In this document: positions 1 to 7,863 of the stretch, in pieces
Layout: each line of letters begins with the position of its first letter
Numbering within the stretch: the first letter of the stretch is position 1
IMG/VR virus record: IMGVR_UViG_3300017707_001960
Coordinates: 1-39,099 of that record
DNA: 39,099 nucleotides
Direction: 5' to 3' (one strand)
From: a virus
Lineage: Duplodnaviria; Caudoviricetes
Program-made: the position numbers and the translations under genes
The notes under the pieces: model-generated
Seen by the model: the letters and a program-made list of their open reading frames with translations, nothing else
Told to the model about the DNA's origin: nothing
Databases searched by the model: none

Positions 1-123
1 GTTCTCATTCCTTCGGACGCGCCTTGGCCTTCGTGAGTCGAGCCAATGCACCTTCCTGCGTGATCTTGATGGGCGTGCGAATCTCTCGTTCCGCTTTGTC
101 CACCCATGAGGCAGATACCTCCA
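1..123. repeat. Terminal direct repeat (copy 1), most likely circular assembly overlap
   Basis: 1-123 is identical to 38977-39099. Confidence 0.95.
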
Positions 124-196
124 GCAAATCAGCGGCCTCGGACTGAGTGAGTCCGAGGCGCTGGCGATGGCTTTTGAGTTGTTCAGCGAAGTTCAT
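5..196 (-). CDS. XRE-family HTH protein (cassette B4)
   Basis: LKSHRQRLGLTQSEAADLLEVS is a typical HTH_3/XRE pattern; paralog of 37593-37847. Confidence 0.85.
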   Translation of the reverse strand: MNFAEQLKSHRQRLGLTQSEAADLLEVSASWVDKAEREIRTPIKITQEGALARLTKAKARPKE

Positions 197-198
197 GC

Positions 199-462
199 TT
201 AGCCGCGAAAATTGAAGTTGTGGTTTTTTTCGGCTTCGCGCTCGTCTGCTTTGAGGGTTGCGACTGCAACTCCTGCTTCAATTTCATAACCAAAGCGGGA
301 GCCAAGGTCTGAGCACGAGACTTCAAAAGCGACGAGCAATGCTTCTTGAGCAGCGGAGCGTGGCGCCTTTTGGAAGCGGTCTGGAATTTCAATCACTTCG
401 TCCGTTGGAAGGCTGGCGAGATACTGAGTAGCTGCTTTTGGTGAGGTAAGGTCGATTTTCAT
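199..462 (-). CDS. Small hypothetical protein upstream of HTH (cassette B4)
   Basis: 87-aa ORF ending 2 nt before the HTH start, preceded by an AT-rich promoter/operator region. Confidence 0.75.
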   Translation of the reverse strand: MKIDLTSPKAATQYLASLPTDEVIEIPDRFQKAPRSAAQEALLVAFEVSCSDLGSRFGYEIEAGVAVATLKADEREAEKNHNFNFRG

Positions 463-494
463 ATTTGTGTTTGGTTCGTTGTTTCTGACTACCC

Positions 495-550
495 CTTATA
501 TTCGCACAATGTCCGAATGATGCAAATACTATTTTCGGACTTTGTGCGAT
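495..550 (-). promoter_or_regulatory. Promoter with twin palindromic operators (cassette B4)
   Basis: TTCGCACAATGTCCGAA (501-517) and TTCGGACTTTGTGCGAT (534-550); TTGCAT -35-like hexamer between them on the minus strand. Confidence 0.65.
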
Positions 551-578
551 TTATTTTCGAGGGATTTAGACCACGGAA

Positions 579-640
579 TGAGAACCATGAGATGCAGCAC
601 AACGGGGCTAAGGCCCCGTTGCTGATCTCAAACGTTCTCC
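579..640 (+). other. attC site B4
   Basis: R'' TGAGAAC, CATGA, L'' GATGCAGC, hairpin AACGGGGC/GCCCCGTT, L' GCTGATC, TCAAAC, R' GTTCTCC; extra base in L''. Confidence 0.92.
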
Positions 641-879
641 GAAAGCTCGCACGCCACAGCGAGCACCATCACGCTTGCCATAGGCTGACCGTCCTTGCTG
701 GCTTTCTTCGCGATCTGGATGGCCGCGCTGAGGATTGAGGTGTTGCCCTCCTTGGCTACCCCTCGAATGATGGGGCTGATTTCGTTGATCTTCTGGGGCC
801 AGTTGTCCCCATGCAGTCGGCGCATAGTGTCGCGTGCATCGTAGAGCTTGGCAGTAGTGCGGATTAGTTTTTCGGTCAT
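628..879 (-). CDS. Hypothetical protein (cassette B5)
   Basis: ORF MTEKLIR...ELSENV fills the interval between attC B4 and B5; start could extend to 915. Confidence 0.7.
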   Translation of the reverse strand: MTEKLIRTTAKLYDARDTMRRLHGDNWPQKINEISPIIRGVAKEGNTSILSAAIQIAKKASKDGQPMASVMVLAVACELSENV

Positions 880-902
880 AAGGTTGTCGTGGGTAAATCG
901 TC

Positions 903-995
903 GGAGAACCATCACATGCAGGCAACGGCTCGTAGCTCATCTGTCATGTCCGCGGGCGTCCATCGCTCGCCGTCGCCTGATCCGGGACGTTCTCC
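903..995 (+). other. attC site B5
   Basis: R'' GGAGAAC, CATCA, L'' CATGCAGG ... L' CCTGATC, CGGGAC, R' GTTCTCC. Confidence 0.88.
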
Positions 996-1246
996 GAGAA
1001 AAGCAGATGCGGTGCGTAAGCCCGAAGCCACTTTTCAGCCTCGTCTTGAGCGTTCACTTCATCCCGCATGATTTCTGCCAGCAGTTCAGCGGCATTGTCA
1101 CGCTGCTCTGCGCATCGTGTGCCGTTGCGTTTCCCTTCTGCCACCCATCCTTCGAGTTCCGTGATTCGATCTCGTAGCCTTGCGGATGATTCGTGAGCAT
1201 CATGCAGCCTGCGTTGCAGTTCATTCAGTTCGGTGTTTTCGGCCAT
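944..1246 (-). CDS. Hypothetical coiled-coil protein (cassette B6)
   Basis: ORF MAENTELNELQRRL...; helical charged sequence; stop lies in the attC B5 loop. Confidence 0.7.
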   Translation of the reverse strand: MAENTELNELQRRLHDAHESSARLRDRITELEGWVAEGKRNGTRCAEQRDNAAELLAEIMRDEVNAQDEAEKWLRAYAPHLLFSENVPDQATASDGRPRT

Positions 1247-1268
1247 AGTATGTCTTGGGTAGTTCGCC

Positions 1269-1361
1269 GGAGAACCCGGCAGTGCTGGCAACGGCGGGGA
1301 GTTGCCTGTTTATGGTTTCGGAAGTGCAGCGCCCGCCGTCGCCAGACTTGAGGCGTTCGAC
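1269..1361 (+). other. attC site B6
   Basis: R'' GGAGAAC, CCGGC, L'' AGTGCTGG ... L' CCAGACT, TGAGGC, R' GTTCGAC. Confidence 0.9.
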
Positions 1362-1606
1362 AAAGCATCGCGGGCGATTCCCTTGAGGTATTCCGCTGAA
1401 TCCGAAAGCGCGACGGCCATTCCGCCGCTGATTCCATTGATGCTCCCCGTCTTCCGCTTCTGGTCTTCCTGCATCCACCAGACGGGGCGGGCGATGCGGT
1501 CTAGTGCCTCGCGGAGTCTTGAGTTTTCACGCTCCACATCCTCGAAGATGCCCAGCGGGAGCCATTCCCTTCCTTGGGCTTTGTATTTTTCAGTTCGTGG
1601 TGTCAT
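1310..1606 (-). CDS. Hypothetical protein (cassette B7)
   Basis: ORF MTPRTEKY...; stop lies in the attC B6 loop. Confidence 0.7.
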   Translation of the reverse strand: MTPRTEKYKAQGREWLPLGIFEDVERENSRLREALDRIARPVWWMQEDQKRKTGSINGISGGMAVALSDSAEYLKGIARDALSNASSLATAGAALPKP

Positions 1607-1615
1607 AAAAAAGAG

Positions 1616-1674
1616 GTCGAACAAGGCGGTGGACTCAACCGCGAGGACGCGGCGAGTCACCTTGTTCGTTCGAG
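1616..1674 (+). other. attC site B7 (59 bp)
   Basis: R'' GTCGAAC, AAGGC, L'' GGTGGACT, CCGCG/CGCGG stem, L' AGTCACC, TTGTTC, R' GTTCGAG. Confidence 0.92.
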
Positions 1675-1933
1675 TGAAAGTGCGCGGTGATTTGCCGCCC
1701 TCTCTTCCGGCGTCGGAACTGGAACAAGGTCGTCGCATGCACAGCCGGTAACGTTGCTTCTTGGATTCGGGTTTTGATCGTCAAAGTGCATGCTCAATGG
1801 TTCAAATTTGCCACTCCAGCTCGTGCCGGTGGCGGGGCAAAAGGGCGTGCTGGTGGAAATGGAAAAGGTAGGTGGCGAGGCGTTGGGCTTGGGGCCGGGT
1901 GAGCGTGAGGTGGCGGGTGCAGCGGGTGGGTGG

Positions 1934-2266
1934 TCATGGGCTGGCGTCGGGCTGCTCGGCTTCGAGTTGTTTTTTGATCGCCGATTGAATCCACTCGTTG
2001 ACCGTGATGTTTTCCCCGTTGGCAGCCTGCTGGATGCGGGAATAATCGTTGAGTGTGATCTGCGGATTGATGACCATTCGCTCATTCATGAGCGTGCTGA
2101 TGATGCGCAGGCAGGGCGCTGGAATGGCTCGCTGAGCGTTTTCGGCCAGCCAGCCGTCAACGGTGCTTTTGCTGACGCCGCAATGGTTCGCAAGCCAGGC
2201 CCGGTTTTGGTCGATTCGTTTCAGCCAGCGTTTAATGATGGCTGGTGTTGTTGTGGGGTTATGCAT
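1934..2266 (-). CDS. HTH transcriptional regulator, probable repressor
   Basis: RAWLANHCGVSKSTVDGWL HTH motif; divergent from the rightward early operon. Confidence 0.7.
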   Translation of the reverse strand: MHNPTTTPAIIKRWLKRIDQNRAWLANHCGVSKSTVDGWLAENAQRAIPAPCLRIISTLMNERMVINPQITLNDYSRIQQAANGENITVNEWIQSAIKKQLEAEQPDASP

Positions 2267-2360
2267 GGGGATAAATAACTCTTTTTAGCACTATGCCAAA
2301 ATATTATTTGCATAATTAGCGATATGCGGGCATTTGTTCGGCGTTCTGCTAAACTATGCA
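2267..2360. promoter_or_regulatory. Divergent promoter/operator region (genetic switch)
   Basis: AT-rich gap with related motifs TAGCACTATGC, TGCATAATTAGC and GCTAAACTATGCA. Confidence 0.55.
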
Positions 2361-2535
2361 AGTTATCACTCTTTCCCTGTCGCCAAGTCCCAGCATGCCC
2401 ATAGAGGTGTTGGATCAGGTTTTTGAACGAGCCGAGGCTGAAGGTGTCACCCCCGAGGCGTGGGTGTATTCCCGATTGCAGGAGGCTTTGACCAAAGCGG
2501 AGGGCGCTGACCGCGAGGCGGCGAACCCGCAGTGA
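2356..2535 (+). CDS. Small putative Cro/RHH-like regulator (59 aa, not in ORF track)
   Basis: Hand translation MQVITLSLSPSPSMPIEVLDQVFERAEAEGVTPEAWVYSRLQEAL...; first ORF after the switch. Confidence 0.45.
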   Translation: MQVITLSLSPSPSMPIEVLDQVFERAEAEGVTPEAWVYSRLQEALTKAEGADREAANPQ

Positions 2536-2662
2536 TTGCGTTCGCTTTGTTTTTTGCCCTGGCTGCCTGCGGGCTGGCTGCGTGGAATGTGATTCTCCCA
2601 CCGCGTGATTATCGGGCGGAAGATTTCGAGCTGCCGAACCTGCGCACGAAGGAGGACCGGCC

Positions 2663-2857
2663 ATGAGCATGTCCGCCGAGGGCTTGAGGATTTCCCGCCT
2701 GCTGATGAGGACGGCAGGTGAGGCCGTGGTGGTCCGTCGCAGCGCCTTGGTTGGGAACGCTGCGGCGGACCTGGCCGGCTGCGTGCAGGTGCGCCGTGTG
2801 TCCCGTGATCGCCAGGGACGACGCATTGTGGAGCGATGGACGGAAGCGGCACGATGA
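2663..2857 (+). CDS. Hypothetical protein
   Basis: ATG preceded by AGGAGG. Confidence 0.5.
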   Translation: MSMSAEGLRISRLLMRTAGEAVVVRRSALVGNAAADLAGCVQVRRVSRDRQGRRIVERWTEAAR

Positions 2858-2913
2858 CGTGACCGGACCTGCTGCGTGCGGCGGCGGCCCTTTTTCTTTT
2901 TTTGAACGAACCG

Positions 2914-3306
2914 ATGAGAAAGCAGGCACAATTTACCCAAGACGCGGCTGCGGTGCTCCAGAAGGGGCGCTGGGCTGCGTCTGAGGTCGCCGCGCTGCTC
3001 GATGTGCCGGAGGTGATCGTGACGCGGTGGGCGCAGACGGGTTTGATTCCTGGGGCGGCTGTGGCAAACGGGCGCTGGATGCTGCCCGGGCGCGGCCTTT
3101 TCTTTTTTTTGGGCAGGAGGGTCGAAGCTCATTACTCTGTCGCCACGGTGGCGGCGATACTGGACCGGCCTGCGGCCACCGTGCGCGATTGGATCGCGTC
3201 AGGACGGCTGCGTGTGGTGAAGCTGGGCACGGCCCGGAGCGCGGCGACGCTGATCCCGGAAAGCTCGGTGCTGGACCTGCTGCAACCGGAAAGGAGGCGG
3301 GCATGA
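2914..3306 (+). CDS. Tandem HTH (excisionase/MerR-like) DNA-binding protein
   Basis: Two HTH_17-like repeats: ASEVAALLDVPEVIVTRWAQTG and SVATVAAILDRPAATVRDWIASGRL. Confidence 0.7.
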   Translation: MRKQAQFTQDAAAVLQKGRWAASEVAALLDVPEVIVTRWAQTGLIPGAAVANGRWMLPGRGLFFFLGRRVEAHYSVATVAAILDRPAATVRDWIASGRLRVVKLGTARSAATLIPESSVLDLLQPERRRA

Positions 3307-3953
3307 CCACGCTCACAAATGTGGTGCAACCCGTAGCTGGGAATGTGGGTGCTGGCCTGGCTGCCGCCCAGATGGATTTGAGGACGGGGGAAGTTTCCGC
3401 AATGGCGGCCGGCCTCGACTTGGTTGCGGGCGGTGCTGGTAGCCGGACCCATAGCACGCCAGCGGATATTGAATCCGCTGTTTTAGCTCCGCTTTCCATT
3501 GATATTCAACGGCTTATGAATGCGTGTCCCATTTCATGCCACATTTCAGCCGATGAGGGCGAGCAAGATCGAGTGGCGGCTGGTGAAATTCAAGAGGGGG
3601 GGAGGGGGTCGGGCGAGCGCGGCGCGTGCGTCTCCTCAATCGGGTTTCAGGTCACAGAAAATTTTGCCAATGGCTCGCTGCTCGTGCATGCGGCGGCGTT
3701 GACCGATGAGGGCGCGTTGCTGGTCCGCGTGGTGAGCACGGGGGCGCTGGCTCTGGTAGAGGTGCAGGGCGTGGATGCTACGCGGCTTTCTCTGCCTGCT
3801 TTGCTGCCGGTCCAAAAAAAGAAGGGCGGGCGGCTGGTGTTTGCGGGGCCGTTGCCTGCGCCTCGGTGTCCGCAGTGTCTCATCGCGTCTCCCATCGACT
3901 GCCAGGAGCAGCCGTGTGGATGGCCGGAAAAAAAGAAGGGGGGCGCAGCATGA
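3303..3953 (+). CDS. Hypothetical protein
   Basis: ATGA overlap with upstream gene and AGGAGG RBS; C-terminal CxxC. Confidence 0.5.
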   Translation: MTTLTNVVQPVAGNVGAGLAAAQMDLRTGEVSAMAAGLDLVAGGAGSRTHSTPADIESAVLAPLSIDIQRLMNACPISCHISADEGEQDRVAAGEIQEGGRGSGERGACVSSIGFQVTENFANGSLLVHAAALTDEGALLVRVVSTGALALVEVQGVDATRLSLPALLPVQKKKGGRLVFAGPLPAPRCPQCLIASPIDCQEQPCGWPEKKKGGAA

Positions 3954-4252
3954 GCGCGGCGAAGCTCGAGCTTTGGCAGACGGCGCCCGCGACGGCGGCG
4001 GTGCGGGAGCGTCCGGTGCATGAGCTGCTGCACTGCCAGCGGGAGATGGACGCGCTGAGCGAGCAGATCCGCGTCATTGATGACCTGCTGCGTGATCCTG
4101 AAGTTTGCGAACTCGACCGCCTGGCGCTGGCGATGGAAAAGGCGGTGGCGAAATGCCGGCTGCTGGCCTGCGCAAACATCATTACGGCCTGCGAGGAAAC
4201 CATGCGCAGGCAGGCGGCACGGATGCAGGCGCGTCACGGATTCCTCCTTTAA
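3950..4252 (+). CDS. Hypothetical protein
   Basis: ATGA overlap; helical ORF in operon. Confidence 0.6.
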   Translation: MSAAKLELWQTAPATAAVRERPVHELLHCQREMDALSEQIRVIDDLLRDPEVCELDRLALAMEKAVAKCRLLACANIITACEETMRRQAARMQARHGFLL

Positions 4253-4268
4253 CACTTTCTCTCAACCT

Positions 4269-4541
4269 ATGAACGACCTCGAATCAAAACCCATGCCGCT
4301 CGCTTCCGCCGTCCAGGTGGTGAAGTGGCGGGCCAACTCCACCACGGGCGCAATGGAGCCGTGGCCGGTGGCAACCATTGAAATCGACATCGCGGGCAAA
4401 GTCACCTTCAAGGGCGACGCCAGCAAAGCTTACGAAACGCTGCTGCGGGCCACCCGCAAGGCGGCCTCCCGGCTGGTGGATCAAAGCATCCGCGAGGCGA
4501 TGCACGAAGCGCAACAACTCAAAGCTGACTCCGACTTGTGA
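4269..4541 (+). CDS. Hypothetical protein
   Basis: ORF fits operon spacing. Confidence 0.6.
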   Translation: MNDLESKPMPLASAVQVVKWRANSTTGAMEPWPVATIEIDIAGKVTFKGDASKAYETLLRATRKAASRLVDQSIREAMHEAQQLKADSDL

Positions 4542-5020
4542 AAACCTCCCCTTCCCGACCCCAAAAACCTGCCACGAAAAAACACGGCGGCGGCCATGAA
4601 TACGTTTTGGCTGTTGAAAAGCTGCTGCCAGCCGAGCGCGTCATCGCCGGGCCTTATCTGGTCACGCATCGCCATCAATACCTCCGCAATGAGGAACAAG
4701 GGCTGGCGGCCAAGGCACTCAAAGTTCAAACGCAGAACGGCCAAAAGGCGCGGATCGTGATGCACCAGGGGCGGGCGTTTGTCGTCCGGCCGCGTGAAGG
4801 CTGGGTGTCGGCTGGCAAACACAAGCAACCGCGCACGGCCACGGCGGTGCCGATGGTGGGTCAGGTCTGGGTAAGCAAGGAGCACGTCAAGGCCCGGGTC
4901 ACGAACCTGACCCGCGACAGCATCGACTACCAGATCGAAGACGCCAAGCAGGGCCACCGCAACAAGGTTTCCCCGTTGAGCTGGTTTGTGAAGCATTTCA
5001 AGCAGGAGGCCAAGGCATGA
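4538..5020 (+). CDS. Hypothetical protein
   Basis: GTGA/ATGA overlaps at both ends. Confidence 0.65.
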   Translation: MKTSPSRPQKPATKKHGGGHEYVLAVEKLLPAERVIAGPYLVTHRHQYLRNEEQGLAAKALKVQTQNGQKARIVMHQGRAFVVRPREGWVSAGKHKQPRTATAVPMVGQVWVSKEHVKARVTNLTRDSIDYQIEDAKQGHRNKVSPLSWFVKHFKQEAKA

Positions 5021-5961
5021 ATTACCTCAACTTGGAAACCAATACCATGCGTGATGTGGCGTTCATGTCCGCCTCGCCAGTGCAACGCGGCGTGTGGCTT
5101 TCGCTCATGCTTCACTGTGTTGCAGTGGAGAATGGCGGGCTGATTTCTGGCTGCGCAGAGTGGAAAAGTGATCAGTGGTTGCTCATTTGCAGCCTGAAAT
5201 TCGCAGATTTTAAGAAAGCATCGCCCTGCGGACTGTGGCAGTGGAGCGGTCAAGACCTGCAAGTTTGGGGTTTTCCTCACAAAAGTTTGAAGAAAGTGCA
5301 GGCCAATCGCTTGAATGGCCCCAAAGGAAACCCCGCTTTGAGGCAAACGATGGGTAATGACATGCCTAACCACATGGGGGGGCATATGCCCCCCCCCATG
5401 GGAGAGCGTAATGTAAAGGAAGGTAATGGAAAGGTAAAGGAAGATAAGGTAATGGAAGGGAAGGAAGCGGCTGCTGTCGCAGCGACGCGCCCACCTCCCG
5501 ACCAGACTTCGATTTCATCGACTGGACTCCCCCCAGAAAAAAAAGAAAGGGGCGCGGGCGTGCCTGCAAATGTCGATGAGGCGCTGTCGTATGCGGCGAG
5601 CTATTCCAAGGGCAACGCGGAAATGCTGGTGATCGAGGATGCCAGCGTGCGGAACTGGTTCGATGATCGCAGCACATGCAACTGGGAGCCGGTGCGCAGC
5701 GGTGTGCAGGTGCCGATCACCGACTGGAAGGCCGACTTGCGGAAGTGGGCACGCGAGGACATGCGGCGCAACGGCCATGCTGGCACGGCGGCGGTGAAAA
5801 AAGAAAAGCCGCTGGCCGTGGTGGAGGAGCAGGAACCGCAGAGCTGGTGGGATGCGTGGGTTTTGTGCTGGCCGGATGTGCCGGTGCCTGCGAGCTGGCA
5901 TGCCATCCCTGAAAGCCTGAAAACGGAACTGAGAATCAAGCTGGAGGACATGAGCCGATGA
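5017..5961 (+). CDS. Phage replication initiator-like protein
   Basis: Directly upstream of DnaB; N-terminal helical domain, central repeats and low-complexity K/E/G linker, C-terminal DWKA..RKW motif. Confidence 0.65.
   Translation: MNYLNLETNTMRDVAFMSASPVQRGVWLSLMLHCVAVENGGLISGCAEWKSDQWLLICSLKFADFKKASPCGLWQWSGQDLQVWGFPHKSLKKVQANRLNGPKGNPALRQTMGNDMPNHMGGHMPPPMGERNVKEGNGKVKEDKVMEGKEAAAVAATRPPPDQTSISSTGLPPEKKERGAGVPANVDEALSYAASYSKGNAEMLVIEDASVRNWFDDRSTCNWEPVRSGVQVPITDWKADLRKWAREDMRRNGHAGTAAVKKEKPLAVVEEQEPQSWWDAWVLCWPDVPVPASWHAIPESLKTELRIKLEDMSR
5345..5470. repeat. Putative replication origin (iteron-like repeats in the initiator gene)
   Basis: ATG every 12 bp, near-palindrome CATG7CATATGC9ATG, then a purine-rich tract. 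Confidence 0.45.
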
Positions 5962-7541
5962 GTGACCAAAACCATCCTGCGGAGCGCAAACTTGCCGCAC
6001 TGAATCAAACGATGCCGTTCAGCGATGAGGCGGAAAAAGGGCTGCTGTCCTGCCTGCTGCAAGATCCTGAGCGCGTGATGGAATGCCAGCGTGATTTGCT
6101 GCCGGAGGCGTTTTACCACACGCAGAACCGCACCGTTTACGAGCTGCTGCTGGACATGGCGGCAAAGAACGAGCCGATTGATCCGCCCGCAGCGACGCAC
6201 CGGCTGCGTGACATGGGCAAGCTGGAGGATGTCGGCGGCGCGGCGGCCCTGACCGAGCTGTTTGCCTTTGTGCCGATTGCCGCGCATTATCCGTTCTACA
6301 AAAAAACCATCACGGACAAGTGGCTCATGCGTCAGTTGGTGGATGCCAGCGCGGACAACATGCAGGAAGGGTTTGCGCATGGGAGCACGGCGGACTTGGA
6401 GGATGCCAGCCAGGTGGTAGCACGGGCGGAGGAACGCATTTTCAAAGTGCTGGAAGCAGCCAGCGCGAACAAGGGCGGGCCGGAATGCCAGGTGTTGAAC
6501 TCGCAAAGCATGACGCATGAATGGCTGGATGCGTTTCAGCGCATCTGCGACAATCGCGGCAAGGTCATGGGCATTCAAACGGGATGGGCGGACGTTGACC
6601 GCACATTTCACGGACTGGCCCCGGACGGTGATGGCGATCTGCTCATGATCGGCGCGTTCCCTGGCATGGGAAAAACGGTGGGCGCGGTGTCGTTGATTGA
6701 GCACATCGCGGTGGAGTGCAAGGTGCCCACGCTGGTCTTTCCGTTGGAAATGGGCCGCACCGGCATGTGCCATCGGCTTTATCTTGGGCGCAGCGGCGTG
6801 AATGTGAATGTGTCCCGCAATGGCATGATGAAGCGCGATGACGTGGGCGCGGTATCGCGTGCAGCGCAGGAAATCTCAATGGCACCGATTTACTGGGACC
6901 ACAAAAGCAGCATCACGACGGCGGAGCTGCGGGCCAAGGTGCAACTGCATGTGCGCAGGCATGGGGTGAAGGTGGTGGTGATCGACCACTTCGGCCAGCT
7001 CAAGCCAAGCAGCGATCATGGGCGCAAGGACGAGCGCATCGGGCAGAAGGAAATCATGGAGTGCCTGCATGAAATCCGCCGCAATCTGGGCGTGCTGGTG
7101 GTGCTGTTTGTGCAGCTCGACAAAAAGGCCCGCGAGAAGCAGGACCGCAACCGGCCGCCTTCCCCTGGAGACATTCGCGGAGCCTCGGAGATGGTGGAAT
7201 ATCCCACGCACATCGCGTTCATTCACCGGCCGCCTGAAGTGCGGCCGTGGGCCGCTCTGGATGACAAGGAGAAAGAGCGGTGGCAGTCACTCACGCACGG
7301 ATTCCGCATCGACTGCCCGGAGCGCTGGCACGACGGGCGCGGACTGCCGGCACACATCGAAGTCTGCCAGGCTGACTACAACGAGCACGCCCGTTTCATC
7401 ATCGCCAAGAACCGATGGGGAGCAACGACGGATGAAATCTGCCTGCGCTTCAAACCCGCGCTGCAACGCTTTGAGGGCCGCACCACGCACCTTTACAGCA
7501 CCAACGACAAAAACCGGCAAGTGGTGCTGCCGGGCTTTTGA
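5958..7541 (+). CDS. dnaB: Replicative DnaB-like helicase
   Basis: N-terminal P.S.EAEK.LL domain, Walker A GAFPGMGKT, LEM, VVIDH, QL, IIAKNRWG. Confidence 0.93.
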   Translation: MSDQNHPAERKLAALNQTMPFSDEAEKGLLSCLLQDPERVMECQRDLLPEAFYHTQNRTVYELLLDMAAKNEPIDPPAATHRLRDMGKLEDVGGAAALTELFAFVPIAAHYPFYKKTITDKWLMRQLVDASADNMQEGFAHGSTADLEDASQVVARAEERIFKVLEAASANKGGPECQVLNSQSMTHEWLDAFQRICDNRGKVMGIQTGWADVDRTFHGLAPDGDGDLLMIGAFPGMGKTVGAVSLIEHIAVECKVPTLVFPLEMGRTGMCHRLYLGRSGVNVNVSRNGMMKRDDVGAVSRAAQEISMAPIYWDHKSSITTAELRAKVQLHVRRHGVKVVVIDHFGQLKPSSDHGRKDERIGQKEIMECLHEIRRNLGVLVVLFVQLDKKAREKQDRNRPPSPGDIRGASEMVEYPTHIAFIHRPPEVRPWAALDDKEKERWQSLTHGFRIDCPERWHDGRGLPAHIEVCQADYNEHARFIIAKNRWGATTDEICLRFKPALQRFEGRTTHLYSTNDKNRQVVLPGF

Positions 7542-7563
7542 ATCACGAACCAAGAACGAAACT

Positions 7564-7830
7564 ATGACCGCCTCCGAAATCCAACACCGTTTTACCAACA
7601 TCGTGGTCGAGCAGTTATGCTGTGATCCTGACGATGTGGTGGCTGATGCGACCCTGCGCGATTTGGGCGCGGATTCGCTCGATGAGATCGAAATCATCAT
7701 TTTCTGCGAGGAGGATTTTGAGATCAACATCCCGGATGACGATGCGGCCAAACTCAAAACCGTGCTCGATTGCGTGAACTATCTGCATGCCGAGCTGAAC
7801 CGCAATCCGCTGCTCATGCGCAACTCATAA
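7564..7830 (+). CDS. acpP: Acyl carrier protein
   Basis: IVVEQL...DLGADSLDEIEIII..EEDFEINIPDDDAAKLKTV with the phosphopantetheine Ser in DSL. Confidence 0.88.
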   Translation: MTASEIQHRFTNIVVEQLCCDPDDVVADATLRDLGADSLDEIEIIIFCEEDFEINIPDDDAAKLKTVLDCVNYLHAELNRNPLLMRNS

Positions 7831-7863
7831 CCCGTAACCCATAACTCAAAACACATACCCACC

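Noticed and set aside
1-123. Biological terminal repeat of the virion DNA
   Set aside because: It cuts through an HTH gene and is most simply an assembly overlap; it cannot be shown to be a physical end without reads
608-940. 110-aa ORF starting at the attC B5 loop ATG
   Set aside because: It overlaps 628-879 in another frame and has a less protein-like composition; it may be only a leader frame
579-1674. CRISPR array
   Set aside because: The repeated elements are non-identical attC-type palindromes separated by gene-sized units; there are no constant repeats with short spacers and no cas genes
7018-7563. Long N-terminal extensions given by the ORF track for ACP (7018), amidase (23542) and integrase (35284)
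   Set aside because: They overlap upstream genes; the recognisable domains begin at the ATGs at 7564, 24286 and 35488
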